Shown: positions 23,474-32,791, counted from the first letter of the stretch. The stretch: DNA of 33,442 bases from a virus (IMGVR_UViG_3300033067_000585:1-33442), one strand, 5' to 3'. Program-made: numbers and translations. The notes: generated from the letters alone by a model not told the origin.

Positions 23474-25537
23474 TTAAAAACTATTTGCGCTTATTTTTTT
23501 TCTGTCTAATGCTTGAGCAGTTGAAACTTCAGTAGAAACTACAAAGGCTTGAATTGGTGGCTGTGCGTTTGTATTCGCTGCAATAGTTGTAGCGATGTTA
23601 TTTTCAGCACTAGCTTGAAACTGAACTTGTGGAACTGAAGAACCCATCGAAGGTGTACTTGGAGCGGAAGCCCCACCGCCTCCAGCAGAAACCGAACCAC
23701 CCTGTAAAATCTTTTTAGCACTAGCAACATTTTTTGCTATCGTAGCCGTCGAACCAACTAATGATGCTGCGGTAACCAATGGGCCCACTACTGGAGCAGC
23801 TGGACCAGCTATTGCTGCGGCTTCTTTACCAGCTTGTAATGCCATTGGAATTGCTTTCGATACGGCCACCGCACTATCTGCAGCTATCTGTGTCAATGCT
23901 AATCCTTTTCTGATTCCTTCGGTCGCTTTTGATTTCCTTAATCCTAATTGCTCCAATGAATCTACAAGGCTAATTCCGTTTTGAGTTATGGAAGCAATAG
24001 AATCTTGAATATTCTTTTCGGTTTGTATTCTATCTGCCGCAAACTTTTCGGCTTCTTCTTTCTTTTTCGCATCTCTTTCGGTAGCTTTATCTGATTCGCC
24101 AGCATAATATTCGTCATTTAATGCGGCAATATTTCTTTTATGCTCCTTCTCTGCTTCTTCTGTAGATAGATTTGCAGCTTTTAAGATTCCAAGTTTTCTT
24201 TCATACTCTTCATTCTCTGCTTCAACCTTTAGTTCATTTTCCGTTTTTAAAGCATCTTCATTCGCTTTTCTAATATCCTTTTCTAGCTTTACTGCGGCTT
24301 CATATTCCTCTCTAGCTTTCTCTGCTTGTTCTCTAATTAATTGCTGTCTTGCTTCATATTCCTCTTTTAGTTTTTGAAGTGCCTCTTTCTTTTTTTGTTC
24401 GGCATCTGCTGCAGCTTTCTCTCGGTCTTTCTTTCTTTGTTCTGCTGCTTTCTCTGCCTCATCTGCAGCTAATTTTCTTGCCTCATCTCCACGAGAATAT
24501 TCGATTGCCGCAAGTTCACGATTTAATCTTTTTGCTAAAGCGGTTTGGTTTGCGCCATCTTCTTTAATAGCCTCACTGTATGCGTTTTTAGCTTCGATTT
24601 TCTTTTTAGTGAATTCGTCTAGCTGGTCGCCATGTTCGGCTAGGAATTTTTTATTTAAAGCGATAGATGCATCTGCATTTGCTTTTAATCTATCTAAAGC
24701 CCTGTCAGCTTCGGAAGTAACCCCGATAAAATCCGTAACCGAATTCACGATATTCATAATAGTATCGCCAACGGAAGATAGTCCAGGAACTACTTTTAAA
24801 ACGACCTTTTTAATTTCGTCGAAGTTATTAATGATTAAACCTAAAGCAACTACCAATGCCCCGATTCCTGTCCCGATTATTGCAGCCTTTAATCCTTTAA
24901 AAGATTTCGAAGTCGTATCAACTCCAGCTCCAAATAGTTTCATTACAGATCCCGCAATTACTGTGGAAGCAGTGTTAATATTCTGAACTAAAGTGCTTGA
25001 TGTGATTGTCGATTTTAATAACTTCCATTGGTCGCCTAATTCCGAAAGGTTCGTAATGGATTCCGAGAAAGCCATCGCAGCTTGAACCTTTAAAAGAGTT
25101 TCTTGTGTCTTTTGAGATTGGTCGCCAAATAAAGCCATCCCAGAAACTAAAGCGGTTGTTGCATTAGTCGCTAATTGTGTAGCTGCTCCGAGTGCTTTAA
25201 ACTTTTGGTCTGGATTAAATTTATCAACCAAATCTCTAGCAAATCCCATCTGGTCTTTTAACTCTGCGACCTTTTTCGCTGCGTTTACAGCTTCTTTTGA
25301 CGACTCGCCATAAATAGCCGACATCTTCATTAAGTCTTGAGTGGCTTCCCTAATCTGCGTCTTGAATGATTTATATCCGTCTTCAGACTTTTGGGTTTGT
25401 GTATCGTTTTGCTTTTGAGAATCTGTTACATTTTCAACGGCTCCAGCTAAAGCATTAACCTCTTTAGAAGTTTCGTTTGCATTAGTCTGATAATTTAATA
25501 CAATTTTTTGTTCAATATTATTGCTTTCGTCAGCCAT
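23474..25537 (-). CDS. tape measure protein
   Basis: 687 aa Ala-rich helical/coiled coil; KAAIIGTGIGALVVALG hydrophobic segment; C-terminal PIQAFVVS.EV. Confidence 0.75.
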   Translation of the reverse strand: MADESNNIEQKIVLNYQTNANETSKEVNALAGAVENVTDSQKQNDTQTQKSEDGYKSFKTQIREATQDLMKMSAIYGESSKEAVNAAKKVAELKDQMGFARDLVDKFNPDQKFKALGAATQLATNATTALVSGMALFGDQSQKTQETLLKVQAAMAFSESITNLSELGDQWKLLKSTITSSTLVQNINTASTVIAGSVMKLFGAGVDTTSKSFKGLKAAIIGTGIGALVVALGLIINNFDEIKKVVLKVVPGLSSVGDTIMNIVNSVTDFIGVTSEADRALDRLKANADASIALNKKFLAEHGDQLDEFTKKKIEAKNAYSEAIKEDGANQTALAKRLNRELAAIEYSRGDEARKLAADEAEKAAEQRKKDREKAAADAEQKKKEALQKLKEEYEARQQLIREQAEKAREEYEAAVKLEKDIRKANEDALKTENELKVEAENEEYERKLGILKAANLSTEEAEKEHKRNIAALNDEYYAGESDKATERDAKKKEEAEKFAADRIQTEKNIQDSIASITQNGISLVDSLEQLGLRKSKATEGIRKGLALTQIAADSAVAVSKAIPMALQAGKEAAAIAGPAAPVVGPLVTAASLVGSTATIAKNVASAKKILQGGSVSAGGGGASAPSTPSMGSSVPQVQFQASAENNIATTIAANTNAQPPIQAFVVSTEVSTAQALDRKKISANSF

Positions 25538-25538
25538 T

Positions 25539-27770
25539 TTAGAAATTTAATAGTGTTATTTTAGTTTTGCCCGTTGTTATATCGATAGTTGCGTCTAGTA
25601 TCGTGAATAAATTTTCCCCAACTATAATATCATTTTGTAATCGAAAGCCCGTTGGAGTTTCTCCTTGTCCTTGAAAACTATTTGAATCGTTTAAATATAT
25701 TTCGTTCGATGGTAAAATTAAAGAATATTCTTGAGACAATACGTTTGGATTCAACAATCTTGTAGTTTGAGCCGAATAATATTTTGAATAAAGTGATTTA
25801 TCATAAACTACATCTTGGAATTTAAGATTCGAAAACCCTAAAGAGTTTAAATTTTTATTCCAAGGTAATACCTTCATATAGTTGTTTAACGGCGAATTTA
25901 AAAGTGTCCCAGCTGTATTATTATTCTGAACTCCTAGAACGCTTGAGATAGGTGTGTTTCCGTAATTGTAAAAAATAGTTAGTTCGCCATAGTTCGGTGT
26001 GTATCTAGCCTCACCGTCTGGTAATATTTCTGGCGATGAATTATCGAATCCGTAATATGTAACGACGTCGCTTGTTCCGTTTAAAATTACTGGTACCATT
26101 AATGTAAATGTAGTCTGAACTACAAACTCTCTAGGATTTGAAGGCTTCACTAAAGGATTAACCGCTTGTCCATATTCGAATCCCGTTTGACTTAAATAGT
26201 CCACGTTGCTTTTGTATTTAGAATCAGCGTGTTTGAAATTGTAGTAATTATAATCACTAGCCGTTGATTTTTTAAAGTCACTAGCATTTACATAAGCAGT
26301 GTAATCCAATACCGATTTTGAATATGCTTTCTTCGAAGTCTGAACATCCTCAGGTGTAAGCCAGTAAAGATTCTCATCGTTCGGCGAAGTATCAAAAACC
26401 GAAATGTTAAACATCTTAAAGTAAGAAGTTAAGAAATCAATCACTTTTATACTAGGTAGCGTTTTAAACAAATCTATATTAGTCGCTAAAATATCAACCG
26501 CATTATTATTTACTAAAGACTGGTATTGATATGTTGCGTATCTTTTAGAATTGAATGGCCCATATTTTCCGTCGTAGTATTTAAACTCAATTCCGTACGT
26601 CGCATTTGTCCAACTAGTCGGCTGATTGAATTGAACGTAAACATAAAACTCGATTTCGTTATTTACAAATAAAGAATCGTTGATTTGAATTTTATCGGAA
26701 AATTTACCAGCAACCAGATCTATTTGTTTGCTCGCAAGAATTATGTTGTCAGACTTCCTAACTAGTGTTACGTTAATGCTTGAACTAGCCGAGCTGTTCC
26801 CCGTAATCAATACATTTTCAAGTGCCATTTTAAAAGAAAAGAACTTGTCCCATTCGTTTTCGTTTCTCTGCTTTATAACTTTAAAACTATTGTCCGAAAG
26901 GTTAGTTGTTCCAACGTATTTCTTTGGGTCTGGAATATCGCCTTCGTTTTTTGAATCGTACCAAGAAACTCCACCGAATCCTTGTTTTAGTGTCATCTTT
27001 TTAGCCTCATTCGAAAGCATTGTTTCTGAATTACACCAGATAAACAAATCTTTATACTCTGGCCTTTCGTCTAAAGGACAAATGACGCTCAGATTATATT
27101 TCTTTTTAATCAATTCTATAATGGAACTGAACGACAGACAGGGTCTTAATTCGTATGATTTTATTGTTCCGTTACTAGTAGGTGTTACAGTGGAATCATA
27201 AGCCACATTGTCCTTCAATCCACTCTCTATATTTGAATTAAATCCAAGAACTCTATTGCTAGAAATTAACGGAACGAAATAAGAAACGTTCACGCCGTCG
27301 ATAGTTGTATTATTTGCTCCTTGAAGTAAACTGTAAACTGTATTTGGTGTCCAATTTATTTTCAATCTTTCGGTAGCCAAATCGCCAATTAAAGCATCTC
27401 CAATTCTGTCCTTTAAATTAGTCATCGAAGTTGCGAAGTTCCCAGTGAAATCGGTCGGAACGTTATTTTTATATTTTAAATCCGAAAGTAAAATAAAGCC
27501 AGTTAAATTTAGAACTCCATCTGTATAAATCTTGCAAGCGAATTTGTTTTCTGTATTTATTTTTATTACGTCAGTATCTCCAAAGAATCCGAAGGCTGCG
27601 CGATTTTTAGGTGTAGCAGGAAAAGTGAAACTCATAGAGTATGGCGAGAAAATTTTGCTAATGTCTTTTAAATCCTTCTGGGTATATTTCATAGAAATAT
27701 TCTCATCTTTATGAAGGTCAAGTTTCGTGTAGTTCTCTCCGTCTATTGAAATAAAAACTTCTGTTATCAT
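25539..27770 (-). CDS. minor tail / baseplate hub-like protein
   Basis: LDL.KDE.I......D.KDISK.FSPYS.SFT.PAT.KN N-terminus typical of Bacteroidota siphovirus tail proteins. Confidence 0.7.
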   Translation of the reverse strand: MITEVFISIDGENYTKLDLHKDENISMKYTQKDLKDISKIFSPYSMSFTFPATPKNRAAFGFFGDTDVIKINTENKFACKIYTDGVLNLTGFILLSDLKYKNNVPTDFTGNFATSMTNLKDRIGDALIGDLATERLKINWTPNTVYSLLQGANNTTIDGVNVSYFVPLISSNRVLGFNSNIESGLKDNVAYDSTVTPTSNGTIKSYELRPCLSFSSIIELIKKKYNLSVICPLDERPEYKDLFIWCNSETMLSNEAKKMTLKQGFGGVSWYDSKNEGDIPDPKKYVGTTNLSDNSFKVIKQRNENEWDKFFSFKMALENVLITGNSSASSSINVTLVRKSDNIILASKQIDLVAGKFSDKIQINDSLFVNNEIEFYVYVQFNQPTSWTNATYGIEFKYYDGKYGPFNSKRYATYQYQSLVNNNAVDILATNIDLFKTLPSIKVIDFLTSYFKMFNISVFDTSPNDENLYWLTPEDVQTSKKAYSKSVLDYTAYVNASDFKKSTASDYNYYNFKHADSKYKSNVDYLSQTGFEYGQAVNPLVKPSNPREFVVQTTFTLMVPVILNGTSDVVTYYGFDNSSPEILPDGEARYTPNYGELTIFYNYGNTPISSVLGVQNNNTAGTLLNSPLNNYMKVLPWNKNLNSLGFSNLKFQDVVYDKSLYSKYYSAQTTRLLNPNVLSQEYSLILPSNEIYLNDSNSFQGQGETPTGFRLQNDIIVGENLFTILDATIDITTGKTKITLLNF

Positions 27771-28933
27771 TATCTGATATTGTTTATTTTATTATTTGTT
27801 TCTTCAAACTTAATATTGTAGTCAATAGCGTTTCTGTCGTTTACTCTAGTCTTTTTTGTAAAATCGGAATCCGTTACAACTACAGGGATCTGATAATGAG
27901 TTTTATAAAATCCTAATAATTCGTTTGCGATTCCTTGATTATCCACTGTGATATTCGTATCGTCAGCCGTAATGTATGTGCTATCAACCGTAATACCAGT
28001 GGTTGGATTATTTTCTATGTCTCCTGCAAATTTAATCAAATAAACTTTAGGTGAATAAATTAATTGCTCTACAATCGACACCATTTCTTCGGTAAGTGAG
28101 CCAGTATTTATAGTGTACTGCTGTGTTACTAGCAAATTATCACGTAATTTCGAGTGAGTAAAGCTATTGTCTACCATTAATGGGTCACGAAATACTCTGT
28201 TTGAAGTATCGGAATCTAGTTTTGCAGAAATAGTCGCCTTTCCATTAGGTGTAAACATTTCCCAAAGCCCTAATTTATTAAGAAATACAATCAAATACGG
28301 GTCACGTGCGCATCTAGTCCAATTATTTGGCGGTGTAATTTGCTGAACGTTAATCATATTTGCTGTCGTAGCTTCCGAAACAGTCCTTGTTAGATTAAAA
28401 CTCTGACTAATATAGTTATGAATTAAAGGATTGTACCATCTGTTGGCTGGATTCGGAGCGATTCCGTACGAATAAACGGCATTTTGCTCATAGTTCCAAT
28501 TATATCCTAGAGTTGCGAAAGCGGTCGTGTAGTTTTTTCGAACAGTTCCAGCTGTAGAAGTAACGTCTGCGACTATCTGCCAGAAAACTCCTTGGCCAGT
28601 TATAGCTGGATTCGTTAATTGATTATATGCGAAAGTTGGTTGATTAGTATTTAATGCGTTTGAAGGTGTAATTAAAAACGACTTAATTAAATCAGCGACT
28701 TGAAAATTAATATAATCGTCATCGGCACTTACTTTATCCTTCTTTAAAGTGAAGTTTGGTTTTCCCAAAACTTTATCTTGGTCACCGTTCCAAATCCATA
28801 AATAAACAATAGCTGATTTTATAGATGTATCTTGGTCATCGTTTTGAATTCTTAAATGAATTGGCGAATTACAAAAAGTGATTTGACTTTCTGTATTTAT
28901 TATCGTTCTACTTTCTACTGGTAAACTGTTCAT
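27770..28933 (-). CDS. minor tail (distal-tail-like) protein
   Basis: PY.IVFLNKLG.WE, INTG...E......EQL..SPKV motifs; adjacent to the hub gene. Confidence 0.65.
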   Translation of the reverse strand: MNSLPVESRTIINTESQITFCNSPIHLRIQNDDQDTSIKSAIVYLWIWNGDQDKVLGKPNFTLKKDKVSADDDYINFQVADLIKSFLITPSNALNTNQPTFAYNQLTNPAITGQGVFWQIVADVTSTAGTVRKNYTTAFATLGYNWNYEQNAVYSYGIAPNPANRWYNPLIHNYISQSFNLTRTVSEATTANMINVQQITPPNNWTRCARDPYLIVFLNKLGLWEMFTPNGKATISAKLDSDTSNRVFRDPLMVDNSFTHSKLRDNLLVTQQYTINTGSLTEEMVSIVEQLIYSPKVYLIKFAGDIENNPTTGITVDSTYITADDTNITVDNQGIANELLGFYKTHYQIPVVVTDSDFTKKTRVNDRNAIDYNIKFEETNNKINNIR

Positions 28934-29243
28934 TTATTTGGTCGTTTATTTCTTTTACAATTATTTTAGTCGTTGCCGTTGCGTGTTCTTTTACTGCTAT
29001 TAACAGAGCGTTTTTCTCTCCAGTATTAATTCCTTTCGGATAGTTATATTTCCCGTAATAAACTTGGGCCATCGTTAATTTCGTGTCAGTCTTTACCATG
29101 TAGTTAATCGAGTTCTGCAACTGTCCCGTATCGAAGCGTGAATTTTCTCGTGCCTCTTCATAAATCTTTTCGCCGAGAATATTCAACTGCTTCTTGATTA
29201 TCTTGTCCGCATCGATCTGGTCTTTAGTCCTGCGCTTCGCCAT
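28908..29243 (-). CDS. HK97 gp10-like neck/tail completion protein
   Basis: AR......DTGQLQNSI motif. Confidence 0.6.
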   Translation of the reverse strand: MAKRRTKDQIDADKIIKKQLNILGEKIYEEARENSRFDTGQLQNSINYMVKTDTKLTMAQVYYGKYNYPKGINTGEKNALLIAVKEHATATTKIIVKEINDQINEQFTSRK

Positions 29244-29613
29244 CTTTTCTTTTCTTTTGTGCTAGACTAATCAAAGCCTTTATTCTATTCGTTGCCGTTC
29301 TTTTAACCGCCGAAAGAACTTTGCTTTGCGTCGCTCTCCCCTGTCTTGTCTTTCCTACTTCGTAAGTGTCTCCACCAAAATTAGTATAAATTATTTTCCA
29401 AGCTACTCCGTTTGGTATTAATTTTTTTGCTATTTTCTCCAGCTCCGAGTTATCTCCGAATTGTCCGTAAAATAACTCACGAAATATAACGACCTGCCGA
29501 ACGTACGTGTATGAAATCGAACGCTTCAAGGCTCCTGTTTCGACGTGAGCTGTTGACTTCGCTCTATTGACTACCTCTTGGGCAATCGCTCTTATTTCTA
29601 CTTCACTTAACAA
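29224..29613 (-). CDS. second HK97 gp10-like protein
   Basis: AK..AHVETGALKRSI motif. Confidence 0.55.
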   Translation of the reverse strand: MLSEVEIRAIAQEVVNRAKSTAHVETGALKRSISYTYVRQVVIFRELFYGQFGDNSELEKIAKKLIPNGVAWKIIYTNFGGDTYEVGKTRQGRATQSKVLSAVKRTATNRIKALISLAQKKRKDGEAQD

Positions 29614-30059
29614 CTAGTGCCTAAATTTGGAATTGATAAATCGATAGTGAATTGAACTCCGTCAAGATTCTCTCTCGAAAACTCCTTCAGGAACTCTAAT
29701 TTCGAAATCGTATCAAGTTCAATATTTAATGAATTATTCTGTCTATCTAAAACGTTTATAAATCTTTCGGCAATCGAATGAGTTTCGTTTACGTTATCCA
29801 AATAATTTGTATCGTTTAATAATTTCGAATCAGTCTTTACTGGCCTTTTATCTCTTTGCTGTACGATAGTAATCTCGAATGAAACTACAATAACATCGTT
29901 TTGAACTACACTATTCAGCATGTCGATATTTACTAATGGATAAACGTTTTCTTTATTCGCATCCATTTGAATTGTCGGAACAATCGAAATTGTATTGACT
30001 AAATTATTTTTGTCAAATTCCGAGATAATCCAATTATTTAAAATACTAATTTCGTTCAT
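29607..30059 (-). CDS. putative tail terminator
   Basis: 150 aa, acidic, YPLVNI motif; neighbours are neck genes. Confidence 0.55.
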   Translation of the reverse strand: MNEISILNNWIISEFDKNNLVNTISIVPTIQMDANKENVYPLVNIDMLNSVVQNDVIVVSFEITIVQQRDKRPVKTDSKLLNDTNYLDNVNETHSIAERFINVLDRQNNSLNIELDTISKLEFLKEFSRENLDGVQFTIDLSIPNLGTSC

Positions 30060-30322
30060 TATTTCATTTGTTCAATTGTTCGCTTTCTTAAAAGGTATTC
30101 GCCTTGAAATAGAAATCTGTGTAAATCCCAGTTGACTACTTCATCGAATTTCGTAAAGTCGCCTTGAGTTAATAGATAAATGATTTCGATGTAACCACCA
30201 TAATGTTGGTTGAACTCTTGTCTTTCTATCGCTCCGTTTGTAATCTCTCCACCTACTGCCGTAATCGGTGGGTTGTAAATCCATTCATACTGCGCTTTTA
30301 TTTCGGCAGCGCATTCGTAAAA
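30059..30322 (-). CDS. start-less ORF: probable -1 frameshift extension (lambda gpT-like) of the tail assembly chaperone
   Basis: Frame open 30343-30059 with no usable start; FYECAAEIKAQYEWIYNPP...YGGYIEIIYLLTQGDFTKFDEV...EQMK; its TAA overlaps the next ATG. Confidence 0.7.
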   Translation of the reverse strand, partial: FYECAAEIKAQYEWIYNPPITAVGGEITNGAIERQEFNQHYGGYIEIIYLLTQGDFTKFDEVVNWDLHRFLFQGEYLLRKRTIEQMK

Positions 30323-30675
30323 AGCGACAAGACATATTCCACTTCAGCTAAAGAAACTTTGTTGTAATCTATCTTTTGCCAAAAGTATTTAGGTCTTGTT
30401 ACTAATTTTAAGAAGTCAATCACATCTCCGTCGTTTACTAGAGTATCAGCATCGATAAATTTAACTGCTTTTTTAAAATCCAAATCTACAATAAATCTTA
30501 ATCTTGGTTTGTCTTTAGATTCTAGGGCTTTCGAAAATCCTTCGATGTCCGCCGTCTTAAAATACTTCACTACATTAGTAGCTACATAAACCAAATCCGT
30601 TTCCATTCCTTCTATCGCTTCCGTAAAAGCAATGAAGTCCAAATATTTAATATCGTTTTTACTTCTGTATTTCAT
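30298..30675 (-). CDS. putative tail assembly chaperone (lambda gpG-like)
   Basis: Ends shortly after a CTTTTTA run that leads into an overlapping -1 ORF. Confidence 0.6.
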   Translation of the reverse strand: MKYRSKNDIKYLDFIAFTEAIEGMETDLVYVATNVVKYFKTADIEGFSKALESKDKPRLRFIVDLDFKKAVKFIDADTLVNDGDVIDFLKLVTRPKYFWQKIDYNKVSLAEVEYVLSLFTNALPK

Positions 30676-30680
30676 TGTTT

Positions 30681-30890
30681 CTATTTCTGAAATTCGTAAA
30701 TCACTCTCAATTTATTAAAATCCAATTCCTCTTCACCGAATAATTCTTTGAAAGTTTCTTCAGATTCTAGTTCTTCAGCTTCAATCTTTCTAAATTCTTT
30801 GCTTAAAAACGGAAAGAATCTATTGAGATGCTCTTTAGTGTGCGACTTCCCAAGGTCTTTCATTGGGATAAATTTTTTACTTTTTGCCAT
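30681..30890 (-). CDS. hypothetical protein (likely start ATG 30890, MAKSKKF)
   Basis: The ORF-track upstream extension overlaps TerL and a promoter-like box. Confidence 0.65.
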   Translation of the reverse strand: MAKSKKFIPMKDLGKSHTKEHLNRFFPFLSKEFRKIEAEELESEETFKELFGEEELDFNKLRVIYEFQK

Positions 30891-30906
30891 AGTTTTAAAA
30901 TTATCT

Positions 30907-30915
30907 GTAAATATA
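30907..30915 (-). promoter_or_regulatory. putative promoter variant TATATTTAC for the tail operon
   Basis: Same 9-mer as 23449-23457, intergenic after TerL. Confidence 0.45.
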
Positions 30916-30924
30916 TAAAAAAAA

Positions 30925-32208
30925 TTATAGAATCTGTGCAATATTCTCATTTATAATATGAGTGAACGCATAACCCCAAGCATCTATGGCGTGATTGTTA
31001 TCGTCAAACGGTTGGTCTTGATTCTTGTCGGACCACCTGTAGTTGTTCATTTCGTTCTGTAGATTCGTGCTGTCTTTGTCTATTATGATTTCATAGTCCA
31101 AAGCTAGATTTATCCTGTCTTTTATTTTTGGTTTCTTACAAGCCTTAATATTCAGCCCCTTATTATACAAGTCTTTAATGAACATTGCGGCTGCACTATC
31201 GCACCAGATTCGAGTAAAGCCAACCTCGTCTTTTATTACGTTGTAAATCTGAGTTGCGGTCTGATTCGTTTTATAGAAAATTTCTTTTAAATAGATTTTC
31301 TTTTCGTTTTTATCGACGAACACTTTGACGCATGCCGTCGGGTGAGTGAATCCTTGGTCTAATCCGTAAACGGCTCCATATTCGCTTTCGTAAAATTCTC
31401 CAATAGTATAGTCAAAAATAACTCCTTCTGCCGAATCTCTAAAGCCACCAAGCACTGTATGCTTGTATTCCTTGTATTCACGAATCATCTTTTTAGGCAA
31501 GAATGGTCTTTCGTCTTGCGGGGTTTCGAGATACTTCTCATAAACCAATCTCAGTCTTTCGTATTCTAACCAGTTATGCGGTGCCATATTTTCCTGGCCG
31601 TTATCTAGGTAGGTCGTATGAATGTAGAGAACGTTATCGATAATGCCGTTGAATCCTTCGGGCACTCCTTGATAAAATTCGCTATATATCCAGTGTTTTT
31701 TTGTAGGTGGGTTGAAGCATAGAATCGAAAGACATTGAACGTCGGTGGCTCTCATCGAACGTTTTATTTTAATCCATTCGTCATAGCTTGTAAGTTCCTC
31801 TGCCTCATCGGTTATGAATATCGAATAATTTTCAAGGGATTTTAATTTTGCGGTCTGGGTTCCTACCGAAGTTTTTTGCCCAGTTATCGAAATCTTGCCG
31901 ACCGAATCCCGAACGGTGTAGTTGTTATTTGCGAATTGAAAGAAACTATCTATTCCTAGTAATTTCAAACGATTATCCAAAGCTGATGTAATCGAGTTGT
32001 CTGTAGATGACATTGTCTGTCTAGTAAAAAGCACCCTATGATTAAACTGCGCTGCTCCTAGCCCAACAAAACAGCCTAGAGAAAACGACTTGCCAGAATC
32101 ACGACCACCAGACATGAGAACTGTATCGACTTTTTTCAATGCTTCTACATCTTCAGTCAATAGATTAAATAGATTCTCATATTTATCGGAAAATTTAACC
32201 TCTTCCAT
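30925..32208 (-). CDS. terL: terminase large subunit (PBSX/SPP1-like); likely start ATG 32208
   Basis: Walker A GGRDSGKS, Walker B ITDEAEE, coupling CFNP, HTTYLDN, nuclease GLDQG, CDSA, NHAIDAWGY. Confidence 0.93.
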   Translation of the reverse strand: MEEVKFSDKYENLFNLLTEDVEALKKVDTVLMSGGRDSGKSFSLGCFVGLGAAQFNHRVLFTRQTMSSTDNSITSALDNRLKLLGIDSFFQFANNNYTVRDSVGKISITGQKTSVGTQTAKLKSLENYSIFITDEAEELTSYDEWIKIKRSMRATDVQCLSILCFNPPTKKHWIYSEFYQGVPEGFNGIIDNVLYIHTTYLDNGQENMAPHNWLEYERLRLVYEKYLETPQDERPFLPKKMIREYKEYKHTVLGGFRDSAEGVIFDYTIGEFYESEYGAVYGLDQGFTHPTACVKVFVDKNEKKIYLKEIFYKTNQTATQIYNVIKDEVGFTRIWCDSAAAMFIKDLYNKGLNIKACKKPKIKDRINLALDYEIIIDKDSTNLQNEMNNYRWSDKNQDQPFDDNNHAIDAWGYAFTHIINENIAQIL

Positions 32209-32353
32209 AATGTTCCATACATCTATAAAAATTATGCTCCGAATCAATCCAAATAGATTTGCACTTTAAAAGTTCTATTTCTGAGCCATAGACATTTCTG
32301 TAAAACTTTAATTTAGTTGGATAAATATATTCTTTAAATGACTTGAAAATCAT
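32195..32353 (-). CDS. small hypothetical protein, 52 aa (MIFKSFKEYIYP...)
   Basis: 3' part of track ORF 32195-32437, using the ATG downstream of the tRNA; overlaps the TerL start. Confidence 0.45.
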   Translation of the reverse strand: MIFKSFKEYIYPTKLKFYRNVYGSEIELLKCKSIWIDSEHNFYRCMEHYGRG

Positions 32354-32366
32354 AATTATAAATTTG

Positions 32367-32436
32367 TAGCGTAGCGTGGAATCGAACCACCCCTCTGGTT
32401 TATGAGACCAAAATGCAACCTTTACACCTTTACGCA
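32367..32436 (-). tRNA. tRNA with CAT anticodon (Met or Ile2), degenerate, no encoded CCA
   Basis: D arm GTGT/GCAT, anticodon arm TTGGT-CTCATAA-ACCAG, T arm GTGG-TTCGATT-CCAC, acceptor GCGTA/TACGC; mismatches at 1:72, 7:66 and 49:65. Confidence 0.7.
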
Positions 32437-32447
32437 ATATGCAAATG

Positions 32448-32488
32448 ACCTTCCCTGGTACGCTGTTCTTATGGGTAGCGTGGAAGGT
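32448..32488 (-). ncRNA. GC-rich bulged hairpin of unknown function upstream of the tRNA
   Basis: ACCTTCC-ACGCT-ACCCATAAGAAC-AGCGT-ACCAG-GGAAGGT. Confidence 0.45.
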
Positions 32489-32494
32489 ACTGTT

Positions 32495-32764
32495 TTACTT
32501 TGTTTTCTTAATAAAAACGATGTTCGGTCTGTCTGGGTTGATATTCGTTTGTTCTATTATTTGTTTAGGCATTCCGAATCTATATTGAAGCCATGTTTTA
32601 ATAGCGTTCGTGTCGCCTTCCTTTACTCTTTTCGATAAAGATTCCCAAACTTTCTCTGGAACCATAACGGCATCCATTTGCTCGATTACTTTTATTTCAT
32701 CGGCTTTCGGTCGCCTTCCTGCTCCTTCTCTAGCACCACCATTATTTTTTCTACCATCTTCCAT
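32495..32764 (-). CDS. terS: probable terminase small subunit
   Basis: DGRKNNGGAREGAGRRPK N-terminus, A.K..L.Y.FG.PKQ; upstream of TerL. Confidence 0.7.
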   Translation of the reverse strand: MEDGRKNNGGAREGAGRRPKADEIKVIEQMDAVMVPEKVWESLSKRVKEGDTNAIKTWLQYRFGMPKQIIEQTNINPDRPNIVFIKKTK

Positions 32765-32791
32765 ATTGAAAAAAATTGTTTATTCAAAAGA

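Noticed and set aside
32330-32366. Theta (HDV-like) ribozyme at the tRNA 3' end
   Set aside because: The downstream sequence is short and AT-rich with no nested double pseudoknot.
32195-32437. 80-aa track ORF
   Set aside because: Its 5' part runs through the tRNA; only the 52-aa portion from ATG 32353 is plausible.
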